Assembly: GCF_963921235.1 (NCBI RefSeq)
Contig: NC_086107.1
Coordinates: forward strand, 100,690,001 to 100,754,000
Length of the DNA: 64,000 nt
DNA from: Mobula hypostoma
Taxonomy: Eukaryota
Direction of reading: 5' to 3'
Below are positions 10,480-23,770 of this stretch, piece by piece. Numbering within the stretch: the stretch's first letter is position 1; every line of letters begins with the position of its first letter. The notes beneath the pieces were generated by a model. It was not told where the DNA came from. It saw only the letters and a list, made by a program, of their open reading frames with translations, and ran no database searches. The position numbers and the translations under genes were made by a program.

Positions 10480-13400
10480 CCCATGAGAGGGATTCTTCAA
10501 GAGAGGGTGCCTTTGTTTCAGCGGCCAATTTTCTGAGCTTTCTTTGCATTTGGAGCTGTTGGAAGGTTGAGCAACTGAACTGTGGCCCTGTAGTTCAGGG
10601 GCAGGGGAGAAAACAAATATAGTTATGATTGGGGATAGTGTAGTCAGGGGAATAGACACAATTCTCTGTCGCAAGGATCAGAGAGTCCCAAAGACTGTGC
10701 TGCCTTCCTTGTACCAGGGTTTGGGACGTCTCATCTGATTTGCAGAAGATTTGGAATGGGAGGGGAAAGATTCCATTGTTATGGGCCCTGTGGGTACCAA
10801 CAATGTTGGAACAATAAGGGAAGATGTTACCCTGAGGGAATTTGAGCAGTTATGGACAAAATTAAAATGCAGAATCAAAAAGGCAAATTGGCACAGTTAA
10901 TAAGAGCAGAGAACTAAATTTTGACTCAAAGATTGGTCGTAGGAGCAGCAGGTTTGAATTTGTAGATCATTGGCACTAGTATTGGGGAAAGAGGGAGCGG
11001 TTCTGATGGAATAGGCTCCACCCATCCAAACCAAGCTGGGATCAGGATCCTGGAGAAGGCTGTGGATAGGGTTTTAAGCTAAGTAGCTCCAGGACAGCTA
11101 GTGTTGTTCTGGAGCTACATTTCTGCAAGAATAAGCACACAGCAGTTCCTCATGTTTTACTGTTAGAGTTAGCTTGTCTACCACCGAGCGGACACTGGAG
11201 CATGGCTGTGATAGGAGGGGCCAGTTTCCAATGCAGCATGGACTTCAGTACGCCTGCTGCACCTCTGCCCTCTGCCATACCGCCTCCGGTGTCTCCTCCC
11301 CTGAGCGGCTGCAACACGGTAAGATGGCCTGCTCCATGCAACAACCAGTGCCATGCAGTTCCCCAACCGTCGGTGTTTCCAAGGAGCCCGACTTGAGTAT
11401 TCTACATTACTGACGTCCAACAGAGCCCTGCGATTACACAAAAAATAATTTGCACCGTTTGTTGGACCTCCTCTGGGTGGCTGTAGCAGGTGATGACACG
11501 GTATTCAACAAGCCCGTTCTAGGAGGTCGACCTTCTGTGCTTGGTGTTCTTAATGTCCAGCAGTGTCTTGTGATTAACAGAGGGATGTAAAGGATGAAAA
11601 ATGACACCATTGGTTGGACCCAGAGAGGCTGCTGTGACCATGCACGCCTTTGTCTTACTGGAAACTGCAAGGGTAAAAAGACCCTGATGGTGTTGTATAT
11701 AAGTCTCCGTACAGTAGCCTCGACGTGGGGTACAAATTACAATGGGAGATAGAAAAGGCATCTAAAAAAGGCAATGTTACGATGGTCATGGAGGATTTCA
11801 GTATGCAGGTAGGTTGGGAAAATCATGTTGATGCTGGATCCCAAGTGAAGGAATTTGCAGAATGCTTATGAGATGGCTTTTTAGAGAGAGCTTGTGGTTG
11901 AGCCCACTCGGGGGTGGCGGGGGGGGAGAAAGCAATTCTGGATTGTGCCTTGTGTGATGAACCCGTTTTGGTTAGGGATCAGGAACCCTTACAAGAACCT
12001 TTAGTAGTCAATAATCATAACATGGTGAAATTCACTCTGTAGTTTGAGAGTGAGACACTTAAAATCTGATGTATCGGTATTATAGTGGAGTAAAGGATTC
12101 TTCAGAGGCATGAGAGAGGAGTTGGTCAGTTGATTGGAAGGGGACACTATTGGAGATTGCAGAAGAACAGAAATGGCTGGTGTTTCTGGGAGTAATTGGG
12201 AAGAGACAGAATTAGTTCATCGCAAAGAAGTATTTTAAAGGGAGAATGAGGCAATCGTGGCTGACAATAGTCATAGTCATACTTTATTGATCCCGAGGGA
12301 AATTGGGTTTCGTTACAGTTGCACCAACCAAGAATAGAGTATGGATGTAAATTATACCAGGAAATAAGTCCAGGACCAGCCTATTGGCTCAGGGTACCGG
12401 ACCTTCCAAGGGAGGAGTTGTAAAGTTTGATGGCCACAGGCAGGAATGACTTCCTGTGACGCTCTGTGTTGCATCCCGGTGGAATGAGTCTCTGGCTGAA
12501 TGTACTCCTGTGCCCAACCAGTCCATTATGTAGTGGATGGGAGACATTGTCCAAGATGGCATGCAACTTAGACAGCATCCTCTTTTCAGACACCACCGTC
12601 AGAGAGTCCAGTTCCATCCCCACAACATCACTGGCCTTACGAATGAGTTTGTTGATTCTGTTGGTGTCTGCTACCCTCAGCCTGCTGCCCCAGGACACAA
12701 CAGCAAACATGATAGCACTGGCCACCACAGACTCGTAGAACATCCTCAGCATCATCCGGCAGATGTTAAAGGACCTCAGTCTCCTCAGGAAATAGAGACG
12801 GCTCTGACTCTTCTTGTAGACCACCTCAGTATTCTTTGACCAGTCCCGTTTATTGTCAATTCGTATCCCCAGGTACTTGTAATCCTTCACCATGTCCACA
12901 AGGGAGGTCAAAGACAGGATAAAAGCAAAAGAGAAGGCATACAATACAGCAAAAATTAGTGGGAAGCTAGAGGATTGGAAAACTTTAAAACCAACAGAAA
13001 ACAATTATAAAGACAATAAGTGGAGAAAAGATGAAATATGGAGGTAAGCTAGCCAATATAAAGGAGGGTACCAAATGTATTTTAGGGAAGGAAGATTGAC
13101 ACGAGTCGGGTAGAAAATGTTGCTGGAGAGGTAGCAATGGAGGACAAAGGAATGTCCAAGAAACTGATTGAATGTTGTGCATTAGTCTTTACTGCGGAAG
13201 ACACCAGCAGCTTGCCAGAAATTCGAGTGTTGGGGCAGAAGCGAGTGTGGTCACTATTACTAAGGAGAAGGTACTTGAGAAGCTGAAATGTCTAATAAGT
13301 CACCTGGATCAAATGGACTACACCCCAGGGTTCTGAAAGAGGTAGCTGAAGAAATTATGGAGGCATTAGCAATGATCTTTCAAGAATTACTGGAGTCTGG

Positions 13401-14720
13401 AATGGTTCTGGAGGACTAGAAAATTGCAATAGTCAATCCACTCTTTTAAAAAAGGGGAGGCAGAGGCCAGGATATTATAGGCCTGTTAGCCTGACTTCAG
13501 TGGTTGAGGGTCGATAGTTAAGGATGAGGTTTCAGGGTACTTGGGTGCACAAGATAAAATAGCCCAAAGTCAGCATGGTTTCCTTGGGGAAAATATTGGC
13601 TGACAAAAGTGTTGGAATGTTTTGCGGAAATAACAGGCAAGATAGACAAAGGAGAGTCAGATCTTGTATACTTGGATTTTCAGAAGGCCTTTGACAAGGT
13701 GTCACACGTGAGGCTGCTAACAAGATATGAGCCCATCGTTTTACAGTCTGTAGCCCAGGAAAGATACTAGCACGTACAAAATATTGGCTGACTGGTAGAA
13801 GGCAAAGAGTGGGAATAAAGCTGACCTTTTTGGCTGCCAGTGTTTCCACAGTATTCCACAGGGGTTGGTGTTGGGAACCATTTCTTTTCACATTACATGT
13901 CAGTGATTTGGATGAAGGAATTGATGGCTTTGTGACCAAGTTTGCAGAGATGAGCAAAGATAGGTAGAGGAGCATGTAGATTGAGGAAGCAGGAAATCTG
14001 CAGAAAGACTTGGACAGATAAGGTGAACGGGCAAAGAAGTAGCAGATGGAATACAGTGTGGGGAAGTGTGTGTGTGTGCGCGCATTAGTAGAAAAAACTA
14101 TAGGGAGTGATGGGGAGTGAATTCAGAAATCAGAGGTGCAAAGGGACTTTGGAGTCCTAGTGCAGGATTCCCGAAAAGTTAACTCGCAGTTTGAGTTAGT
14201 GGTAAGGAAGTAAAATGCAATCTTGGCATTCATTTTGAGGGGACTAGAATATTAAAGTACGGATGTGATGCTAAGGCTTTCTAAGGCATTGTTCACGGCA
14301 TTGGGAGTATTGTGAGCAGTTTTGGGCCCCATATCAAGGGAATGATGTGCTGGCGTGTGAATGGGTCTGTTGGACGTTCACGGGGATGATCCCGGGAATG
14401 AAAGGGTTACCATATGAAGAGCGTTTGAAGGCTCTGGGCCTGTATTTGCTGGAGTTTAAAAAAAAATTGAGAAAGGATCTCATTGAAACCTACCAAGTAT
14501 TGAAAAGCTTAGATAGAGTGGACATGGAGATGATGTTTTTAGTAGTGGGAGAGTCTATAGGACCAGAGGGCACAGCCTCCGAAGAGAAGAACATCTCTTT
14601 AGAACTAAAATGAGGGTGAATTTTTCTAGCCAGAGGGTGCTGTGGAATTTGTTGCCATGGATGGCTGTTACAGGGCTGTCTTAAGGTTACAGGGAGAAGG
14701 CGAGAAGAAGGAAAAGAAGA
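10480..14720 (+). mobile_element. Old, fragmented CR1 LINE (ORF1 esterase remnant + EN + RT + 3' end), interrupted by insertions
   Basis: ORF1-like IGDSVVRG..CCLP at ~10630-10710; EN/RT remnants (YLDFQKAFDKV ~13670; MIPGMKGLPYEERLKALGLY ~14390) with many stops and frameshifts. Confidence 0.85.
12268..12897 (-). mobile_element. 5'-truncated Rex1/L2-type LINE 3' end inserted in the CR1
   Basis: Open frame YKYLGIRIDN..SQSRLYFLRRLRSF..FYESVVASAIMFAVVSWG; tail caataaagtatgactatgacta on the minus strand. The host CR1 rejoins as tggctgaca|agggaggtc (WLTREV). Confidence 0.85.
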
Positions 14721-15521
14721 GAGATTAGCTTATTTGTCACATGTATATTGAAACATACAGTGAAATACGTTGTTTTGCGTCAAAACAAATCAGTGAGAAT
14801 TGTGTTGGGCAAGACTTGCCAACGAAGCCCACAACTTACTAACCCTAAATCGTACCTCTTTTGAATGTGGGAGCAAACCAGGGCACACAAAAAAAAACCC
14901 ACATGGTCACAGGGAGAGTGTACAAACTCCGATCTTACAGCTGGTGCTGGAAAGCCTGTTGCTAACTGTAATGCTATAAAACAGCCATGATTAAATGACA
15001 GAGGAGACTTGAAGAACCTAATGGTCTCATTCTGCTCAAATGGTCAGTGGTTCCAAGGCAAATTTTAAGATGGACAAAACTGTATTGAATACTCTAAATA
15101 CATTCGCATTAAACCTGTCTAGGCTTGTCATACAGGTTCTGTTATTGCTGTCCTCTTGTGATGAAAGCTAGCATTTCATCTGTCTTAATTAGTTCTTGTA
15201 TCAGTTCAGTTTTGATGTTTTTGTCTGTTTGCTTTTTGTTTTGCTGCCAAATGTTTAACATTTCTGAATGTTCTGAGATTGTGGAAATCTCAATTTCCAC
15301 TTTACTTTGTTTCCTTAACCTTTCCCCCCCAAAAATGCTCTGAGTCATTGTTCCTTCGCTAGAAGGTAAGCACCTCAAAGTCAAAGTTGAGTTTATTGTC
15401 ATATGCACCAGTACATGTATGCATAGGTGTGATATGTCTGTGAAGGAAATTATGATTTGCAGCATGAACATCTCTCAGGCTTTTAAGGAGATGAGAAAAC
15501 ACTGCATTTTATTTAGCTCAT

Positions 15522-16400
15522 AAACATGAGAAAGTCTGCAGATGCTTGAAATGTGGAGGGAGGAGAAGATGGCGGCACGATGCAGCGCGCGCGGCCGTTC
15601 CGAATGACTATCGATATGTGTAACTAGGGGCTGTGCATCAATCTAGATTTGATGGGGACAGCCATGAAAGCACAGAGGAACATCTGGAGTAACTTCTGAA
15701 ATGCCTGCTTCGCTGCTGCTGCTATTGTGCGATCGAGAATCTCCGGGGGGCGGGGGGAAGACCCCAAATCCTCGGCTTTGCCTATTGCCTGTTGCTGGGG
15801 CCGGGTTCGAAGCGCTCGGCAGAGATGGTGCTCGGTGCATCGGTGTCGGAGAGCTGGTCGGAGGCTCGGAGTTTTTCGGACGGACTCAGAGTCAGACTGT
15901 GGTCGGATGCTTCCAGTATGCTGCATGAGCAAGTTGGCGGCGCTGGAGGTTTACTGTCTGTGTGAGATGATGGGACTTTGAGAGACTCTGAGACTTTTAC
16001 CGTGCCCATGGTCTGTTCTTATCAAATTACAGTATTGCTTTGCACTGTTGTAACTATATAATTATGTGGTTTTTGTTAGTTTTTAAGTCGGTATGTCATG
16101 TGTTTTTGTGATATCATTCTGGAAAAAACATTTTTATCATTTCTTAATGCATGTATTACTAAATGACAATAAAAGGGAGCTGCGTGTCCTCTTAATCATA
16201 ACCATAAATCCAAAGCAACACACTCAAAATGCTGAAGGAACTGAGCAAAACAGGCAGCATCTACGAAAACGAGTAAATAGTCAACGTTTCGGGCTGAGAC
16301 TACCCGAAGAAGGGTCTCAGCCTGAAATACTGACTGTTTATTCATTTCCATAAGTGCTGCCTGGCCTGCTGAGTTCCTCCAGCATTCTATGTGTTGCTTT
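15522..16400. mobile_element. Hammerhead-bearing fold-back repeat, split by the insertion at 15553-16205
   Basis: aaacatgagaaagtctgcagatgcttgaaat | ccaaagcaacacac... arms, with inverted cores agtcaacgtttcgggctgagac / gaagaagggtctcagcctgaaatactgact. Confidence 0.75.
15553..16205 (+). mobile_element. CpG-rich non-autonomous retroelement (~650 bp)
   Basis: Starts with the YY1-like AAGATGGCGGC and ends with AATAAA plus a short (aatcat/aaccat) tail; flanked by aaat repeats (15549-15552 / 16206-16209); no convincing ORF. Confidence 0.6.
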
Positions 16401-17764
16401 CCATTTTATTATTGGGAAATGAAACTTCATTCAGCACGTTATGCTTTCTTGTACCAAGCAATGCTTATTCATTCCTGAATGTTTGAATGATCTTCCTTGA
16501 AGAGTTGCAGGCATCGTGTGGGGAAGGCACAGAAGCATTACAATAGACCAGGACCTTGTGCATGATCAGATGACCCTCCTCCATCTTCAGTCAGAATGCG
16601 GTGTGTTAATTATGAATGAAGCATGCTGATTTATAAAAATTAGGATTGGGAATAGGAATAATTAGTACCTGAAGCCTGCTCCTCCATTCAGTAAGACTAT
16701 GGCTGATCCAACAGCCACCTTCCAGTTTCTCCTCATATCCTTCAGTTTAAATGCTTGTCAGTCTCTGCCTTGAATGTGCTCAGTGACTCTTGTTTCCACT
16801 ACAATGTGAGTTTGAGGATTTCAAAAATTCTCATCCCTTTGAGACAAGAAAATCCTCCCTGTTTAAAATAGACAACTATATATTTTGAAGCTATGCTGCC
16901 TCCAGAGGAAGCAACTTTCTATCTTCCACTTTGTCTATCCCCTCAGAATCTAAAACGTCAATAAAATCATATCTTGTTCAAAGTAAATGTATTATCAAAA
17001 GTACGTATACTGTGTACCACCTTGAAATTTATCTTCTTGCAAGTAGCCTCAAAACAGAAACACAATAGAACCCATTTAAAAAAAAACACATGCAAAGCCC
17101 ATCAAACACCCTATATATGGGGGGGGGGGGACAAATCATGTAAACAATAAAAGTAGAGAAGTAACACAGAATATTAACTGCAGAGTCCCTGAGAATGAAT
17201 CCACAGCCACAGAGCCAGTTCACTGCTGAGGCGAGTGAAGCTGGTTCAGGAGCCTGATGCTGCAGGCCACAGCCTCAGAGCCAGTTCACTGCTGAGGCGA
17301 GTGTCGACGGTTGCAGGCTGCAATTGCAGAGTTGGTTCAGCGTTGAAACACCTTGATCAAATTGTGCAAATATTTTTTTTAAAAAGTAGCAAAAACACAT
17401 GGAACATGAGCTTGTATCTTCTGAGTGAGTGAGTGCCCAGCCCACTCAACCTTTCATCATGCATCAACCTCCTGTTCCAGAAATTATTCCAGTTGACCTA
17501 CACAATGCCTGCAAGGCAAGTACATCCCGAAATATTGGGGACCAAAGCCGTACAATGCTCTGCTGCTTATGTATCACTCCATGTAGAGTTGTTGAAGCAA
17601 ATCGTAGCAATTCAGTTTCCAACCCTGCTTGAGTGGTTGTCTCAGCAAGGTCAGAAATCTGGCTTTACTATGGCTATCGCTCTCATAGAATCTGTTTGCC
17701 AATTTTCATTTTCTTTTCAGCACGCGTTACTTGACGCTTATGCAGATGATTTCATTTTATTTAT

Positions 17765-18060
17765 TATTTCTATTTCACGATACAGTGTGGAGTAGGCCCT
17801 TCCTGGCCTTTGAGCCTCATCATCCCAGCAACTCCTGAGAGACCTGAATGCCCCTTTGTCTTGAAAGCACAGGACAATTTACAATGACCAGTTAATCTAC
17901 CCGGGACATCCTTGGAGTGTGGGCGGAAACCAGAGGACCCAGAGAAAATCCACACTTTCCACAGAGACTTCTTACAGAATGGCACCGGAATTAAACTTTG
18001 AACTCCGGAACGCGCTGAGCTGTAATAGCGTAGCGCTAACCGCTGCACTACTGTGGCACC
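17765..18060 (-). mobile_element. tRNA-derived V-SINE-like element
   Basis: Minus strand: ggtgccacagtagtgcagcggttagcgc (A-box), ggagttcaaag (B-box), V-domain tctctgggtcctctggtttccgcccacactccaaggatgt, then a CR1-like tail. Confidence 0.7.
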
Positions 18061-18189
18061 ATGATGTGGCTTCATCTTTCAGAAAATGGTGATTCAGGAT
18101 GGTTTTCTGGGAACGCAACCACCCCGTAGTTGAAATTTGTGATGTTGTGGGTGTTGATTATCATTTCACATGAGACTGGTTTTTAGTAG

Positions 18190-19382
18190 TAATTTTAAAA
18201 AGTCCTCCAAGTAGTGGAAATCTGAAAATGGAGAACACTGGAATATTTTCAGTTGGGCAGTGTCTGTAAAAAGAAGTAATAACTACTTTTATACAGCGAT
18301 GTCGTTGCAGTTTTGGCATTTGCACAGTTCACGGCATTTTAAGTTAAAGTCTGTGGGAATACTCTGTAGTAACTAAGGTGTGCAAAAGAAGATTGTTTGT
18401 GTGTCACACTCGATCACTTTTCTCAAGTCCCTGAAGAGAAGGGACGATTAAAGTCCAACAGGTGACAGTTGGATATAAGGGCATTGACATTGCGAGCTGG
18501 GTTCAATGCTTGTAGGAGTACATTCCAAGCAGAACAGTTGTTGCACTGTTATATTCAGCAGCTCATGGAGGTCTTGATTGTTCTGCTACCTTGGCTGAAC
18601 TATCGATATCTAACTCAGGACAGACTACTGCGAGCAACCTTCCCTCAAATTTGTAATGACCATTGTGTGCAAAAATCTTGTGCAATTTTTTGCCCAGTGA
18701 CGACAACATGTGCACACTGCATTTTATATACAGAGGTATTCATTTTAACGGCTAACAAAACACTGTTTTTAAGAACTTTGATCTCCTCTGCGTTTGATTG
18801 CTTCTGCTCTCGTTCATCTGCACTCACTCAAAACATAAGTAGTAAGCCTGTAGCAGGTAATGAAGAGTTTTCTTGCCAGAGCTTTTCCTCGCTAAAAAAG
18901 TCAAGTTTAAAAAGTCAAGTTTCCAAATATCTTCCCACTCGCAAATTCTCCAGCAACTCTTGCATTGGCGACAGTACATGAAGGTAACACGAGTTTCTGG
19001 ATTGTACATGAATATTTCTCGTGGCTGTTTATTCCTGACCTCATGAACTTTCTGCGTAAAGGTTTCTACTGTTTCGTTAAGCTATTCCACTTTAAATGAA
19101 CTAGCAGTTCTTTTGCACTCAATGCCCTTTGCTTCTTTAGAATTCGACATAGTGAATCAATAATTTCTATATTAAAAACAGCATAAATACGCTAGTTCTA
19201 AAATCTGCAGACAAATCATCGCAAACTCCACGTTGTCAACACCATCCGCACCAGAAACCAGAAATGTGATTGTGTACAATCTTGAAATATACTTAACATA
19301 CTTAATGAGCTAGACGTGCAGTTTAGATTCCTTTGTGCGCTAGTAGTAAAACGTGTGTGCACACACCTTAGAGGGAGCATTG
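18190..19382 (-). mobile_element. Decayed hAT-like DNA transposon 5' fragment
   Basis: Minus strand begins caatgctccctctaagg (hAT-like terminus). Broken reading frames YNPETRVTFMYCRQCK..WKLDFL and AEEIKVLKNSVLLAVKMN resemble the zinc-finger N-terminus of hAT/ZNF862-like transposases. The left boundary is uncertain. Confidence 0.4.
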
Positions 19383-19696
19383 ACTACGGCCCTGCCTTGT
19401 TTGTAATGATGTGTGCATTTAGAATAGCTTAATGTGCAACCCTAGTAACTGATGCTTTACTACTGTAATGTAGTTATTCTGAGCCACTAGTCGTCAAGTA
19501 ATGCAGCAACCCTTCCGAGTTTAAAAGAAGTTATTTCTTCAGCACTGTTTGGTGAACAAAGGTTTTCTTTATATAATAAATAAGTGTATCCAGAATCAGG
19601 TTCCATATCACCGGCATATGTCATGAAATTTGTTAACTTTGTGGCAGCAGTACAATATAATACATGATAATATAGAAAAAAACTGAATTACAGTAT

Positions 19697-19873
<177 letters not shown>

Positions 19874-20164
19874 GAGGGAACGTGTTGTGTCCTTGAGCAA
19901 GGCACTTAATCACACATTGCTCTGCGACGACACTGGTGCCAAGCTGTATGGGTCCTAATGCCCTTCCCTTGGACAACATTGGTGTCGTGGAGAGGGGAGA
20001 CTTGCAGCATGGGCAACTGCTGGTCTTCCATACAACCTTGCCCAGGCCTGCGCCCTGGAGAGTGAAGACTTTCCGGGCGCAGATCCATGGTCTCGCAAGA
20101 CTGACGGATGCCTCTGTATAAAATATAATTTAAATTAGTAGTACTATTAGAAGTAGAAATAAAG

Positions 20165-20520
20165 AAAGTAGTGAGGTAGTATTTGTGGGTTCGATGTCCA
20201 TTCAGAAATCGGATGGCAGAGGGGAAGAAGCTGTTCTGGAATTGTTAATCATTGAGTGTGTGCCTTCCGACTTATAGCAATGAGAACAAGGCAGGACCTA
20301 GGTGATGGAGGTCCTTAATAATGGATGCTGCCTTTTTGAGGCATCCCTCCTTGAAGATGTCCTGGATACTATAGAGCCTAGTGCCCATGATAGGGCTGAC
20401 TAATTTTACAGCTCTCTCCAGCTTATTTCGATCTTGTGCAGTAGCAGCCCCCCCCGTGCCCCCCCATACCAGAAGATGATGCAGCCAGTTAGAATGCTCT
20501 CCATGGTACATCTGTAGAAA
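20165..20520 (-). mobile_element. Rex1/L2-type LINE 3' fragment (its tail continues at ~19590-19690)
   Basis: Minus frame QDRNKLERAVKLVSPIMGTRLYSIQDIF..CLKKAASIIKDLHHLGPALFSLL. Confidence 0.75.
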
Positions 20521-21814
20521 TTACATGGTCCATCTGAATTAACAATTCCAGTCAGCAGTACAATCTTCGGCTGTGACTGATGGTGGAAATTACCAAAGCA
20601 TGCCCTTTGCAGTTGGGAATTATGGTGTCACTGTTAACGAGCTATAGGCTCTTGAGTCAATGTGTCAATTAAAAATTCATTATGGGTCTCCAGACAGCTT
20701 GATTTATTTATTTTTTTATTGTAAGGCCTCATTGAGTGGAAATAAACCAATAAAGTATGATCTGATATAAAAATATACAAAGGTGAAGTTCCTTTGTATA
20801 TGTTCATGGCACAGAAGGAAATCATTTACCTAACTTTGAGAAGGTTGTCCAACTAAATCTTTCCCCTCCTCTTTTCCATAGCTCTGCGTTTTCCCCCATG
20901 CTACCTGTAGTACAGGTTCCTAATGTGAAGAGTGCTTTTTTTTAAAACTAGAAAAACAGCCTGATGTACTGCACAGTCTAGTGTACCAGATGAACTTGTT
21001 CAGCGGGAATTAGTATTTTATAGTCAGTAAATTTTTCTTGATCATTTTATTAATTGTTTCACAAGACTGTTGAGATAAGTTACTATTGAAGTGGATAATT
21101 TAAACCAGGTTGCTATGTCCTTGTAACAAGGCTACGGAGGTTTATAGTAAACAAGCCTGACTGCTCATTGGTTTAACTTTCAGATTTTAATATTTGATGG
21201 ATTTGTAACTTGGCTTTTCTAGAGTAAACCGAGGGTTCTTTTACTTCAGCTTGAAAATCATTTGTGACTTCTGTTTTGGGGGAAAAATGGTAGACTCCTG
21301 TTGATTTGATTCTGTGCTGAGGTGCTCCTAATGTGAACTGCTTGTAACCCAGATGGTTTGCAAATTGGAAATGTTGTAAACAGAGTTCCCAAGCAGCAGG
21401 TGGCAAACCCATGCCACTACTCTCCCAAACAAATGTGTGGATTGTACCTAACTCGGGTGGGTCTGTATATTGGGGGAACAGGGTTCCTTGTCCTTCTCCA
21501 GTGAAGTTTTCTTATATTCAAGGTTCTAAGTTCAATGTTGTAGAATGCAGCAATTTCCCATTTTCCCCATTATTTGGATACTTGGAATCAGTCCCCCAGG
21601 CTTTTGTTAAGAAATCAAAATGCTCTTTGTCCCATCAAGTCAGTATATTTATGGGAACAGACTTCTTCAAGTATGACTATTCTAATTTACACATACAAAA
21701 TATAAACAGATTAACACTGAAAAATTAATTGTCATTTCTTTTTACTTAGCAAAATTTTAGAGTAAAAATGGGTTTTGGTTGCTTCAGCTATTGTGTCGTA
21801 GTTCTCCCCTTCTT

Positions 21815-21917
21815 TTCCAGTCCTGCTGAAGGGTCTCGGCCTGAAACATGGACTGTTTATTCTGTTCCGTCGATGCTGCCTGGCTGGCTGAGTTCCTCCA
21901 GCATTTTGCGTGTGTTC
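21815..21917 (+). mobile_element. Half copy of the hammerhead-bearing repeat
   Basis: cagtcCTGCTGAagggtctcggcctGAAACatggactg, followed by the arm gatgctgcctggctggctgagttcctccagcattttg. Confidence 0.8.
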
Positions 21918-22924
21918 CTCTGTTTATGAAGTAGGATCAGATCAGAAATTGTACTGCAATTCATGCTTTTCTCAAGTTGAGTTTGAAAGTATACAGTATT
22001 AAGTTTTTTAAAAATCCATGCCATTTCTCCTGAAAAAGCCATTAACTCGAGTGAGCAACGATTACTTGAGCAATCAGTACCATTTTGTATAGTTAACTGA
22101 TATGTGTTTAGAATGAATATCATTATTTTTAGGTTGATCAGTTTGTGCATTTTTTTCAACTTAAAAGTAGGTACTCCTTAAGAATTAGGGGAGACACATA
22201 GGCTGGGACAGGGGTTCCAGTCTGATTGTTGCTTGGTGGATTTGCGTCACCTTCTATAGTTTGCCTGCCAATTGATCTATCAGGAATGCAAGCTAGTAAC
22301 TGGTGAGAATGATCCCTAGATTTGGAACTGTGTTACAAGGGAAGTGTTTAGATATTCACATGGCACCGTTTGAGTTCCACATGAGATGTGCAAGAACACT
22401 ATATAGCCAGTGAGAAACTATTTGACCTCCCTGTTGGAATGTAGAAAATGCACAGCAGACTTCCAAACACAGCAATGTAATAAAGAACAGATAATTGGTT
22501 TGTTAAGGACTTGAAGAATTCAATTGACCCTGGGTAATATGTCTTAGGGAAACTGGGAATTGCTCAGTGACAAGGACATCAGTTTATTTGAACAGATTAC
22601 GGTTTTGGAGAAGGAAGTGCTGAGCATGGTGTCCAGCTGGCTGAATGTATATCCCACAGTTGTGGGGCAAAAGGAAGCGAGCAAGTGGACAGGTGTATGA
22701 TGCAGTGCTGAAAGAAGTGCAAGGAAGGAAATGGGGACCAAGATGATAAATTGTAACAGGTTCAAGGTTGGTGCCAGTACCTGTAAGAAGAGCTTTGAAA
22801 TAATCACCTCTGCTGTTGATGAAGGCTCAGATTGTCTTTCTCTTTTGTCCCATTGTGTCTGCTTCACCATTCAGTAAGTTCATGGATGGTATTTCGCGTC
22901 AGTTCCATTTTACTGCACTAACTC

Positions 22925-23770
22925 TGTCACGTGATCGGCAACAATGAATATATCGAGTCAGGATTTATAAACAAACAAGCATTTATTAAACCCTGATAAA
23001 CAATGGGGGAAAAAAAACAAACAAAAACCCTAACCGGAAGTAAACGGCTATGTGGCCATTCAGTAAACCACTACTTAAAGCGATAAATGCAAAACCTGTT
23101 CTTAAAGCGATAAATTCAAACGCAGTTCTTCAAATGGTAAATTTTAAAGTCCAAGAGATTTATATAGTCAATTAGGAGAGACTTTCATGAAATAACAAAT
23201 TCCTCAAAGACACAACGTCACTGCCACTCCCAGCCGGATCCTGCCTTGTCCACAGGATTCACGACGACGGAAGTAAAACAGTTTAAAGGCACTGACCTCT
23301 TCCTCCTGGATACTGCACAGCCTTTTCTGCTGCCTTTTTAGCAGAGGCTACTTCATGCAGATCACTCTTTCTTGAACGAATTCAATAATGGTCGGTCCTT
23401 TCCAAACCCGTCGAACGTCTCCTTCAGGGTCCCGTCTTCACTCTCCAGTGTTACTGAAAAGATACATTAACAAACCTGGCAGCGATTAGTCAAACTGCCG
23501 GCCCAGTACTTCTATACCTTACAATAGAACATAAAACTCCATTTAAAGTCAAAACCGCGTCATAATGCAAATACGCAGCAGAGCGGAGTATCTCATTGAC
23601 ATTCTAACTGGAAAACTAGTTGTGTCACCAGGGGTTTTCCCTTTTATACCCCTGGTGAACATGTCATCACGTGACCTCACGTTGGTGGGAAAATTACATC
23701 AGGTGACCTCCAAAAGACCATTACATCATTCTCACAAGAAAGTCACACGATCTCTATGAGGTATGTAACA
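22925..23770 (-). mobile_element. Solo LTR (Gypsy-like)
   Basis: TGTCAC...GTAACA termini; 4-bp target duplication ACTC (22921-22924 / 23771-23774); TATAAAA (~23642-23648) and AATAAA (~22982-22987) on the minus strand in the expected order. Confidence 0.8.

Noticed and set aside
12381..13004. 207-aa ORF with a hydrophobic N-terminus
   Set aside because: The N-terminus is antisense CR1 sequence read into a Rex1/L2 fragment.
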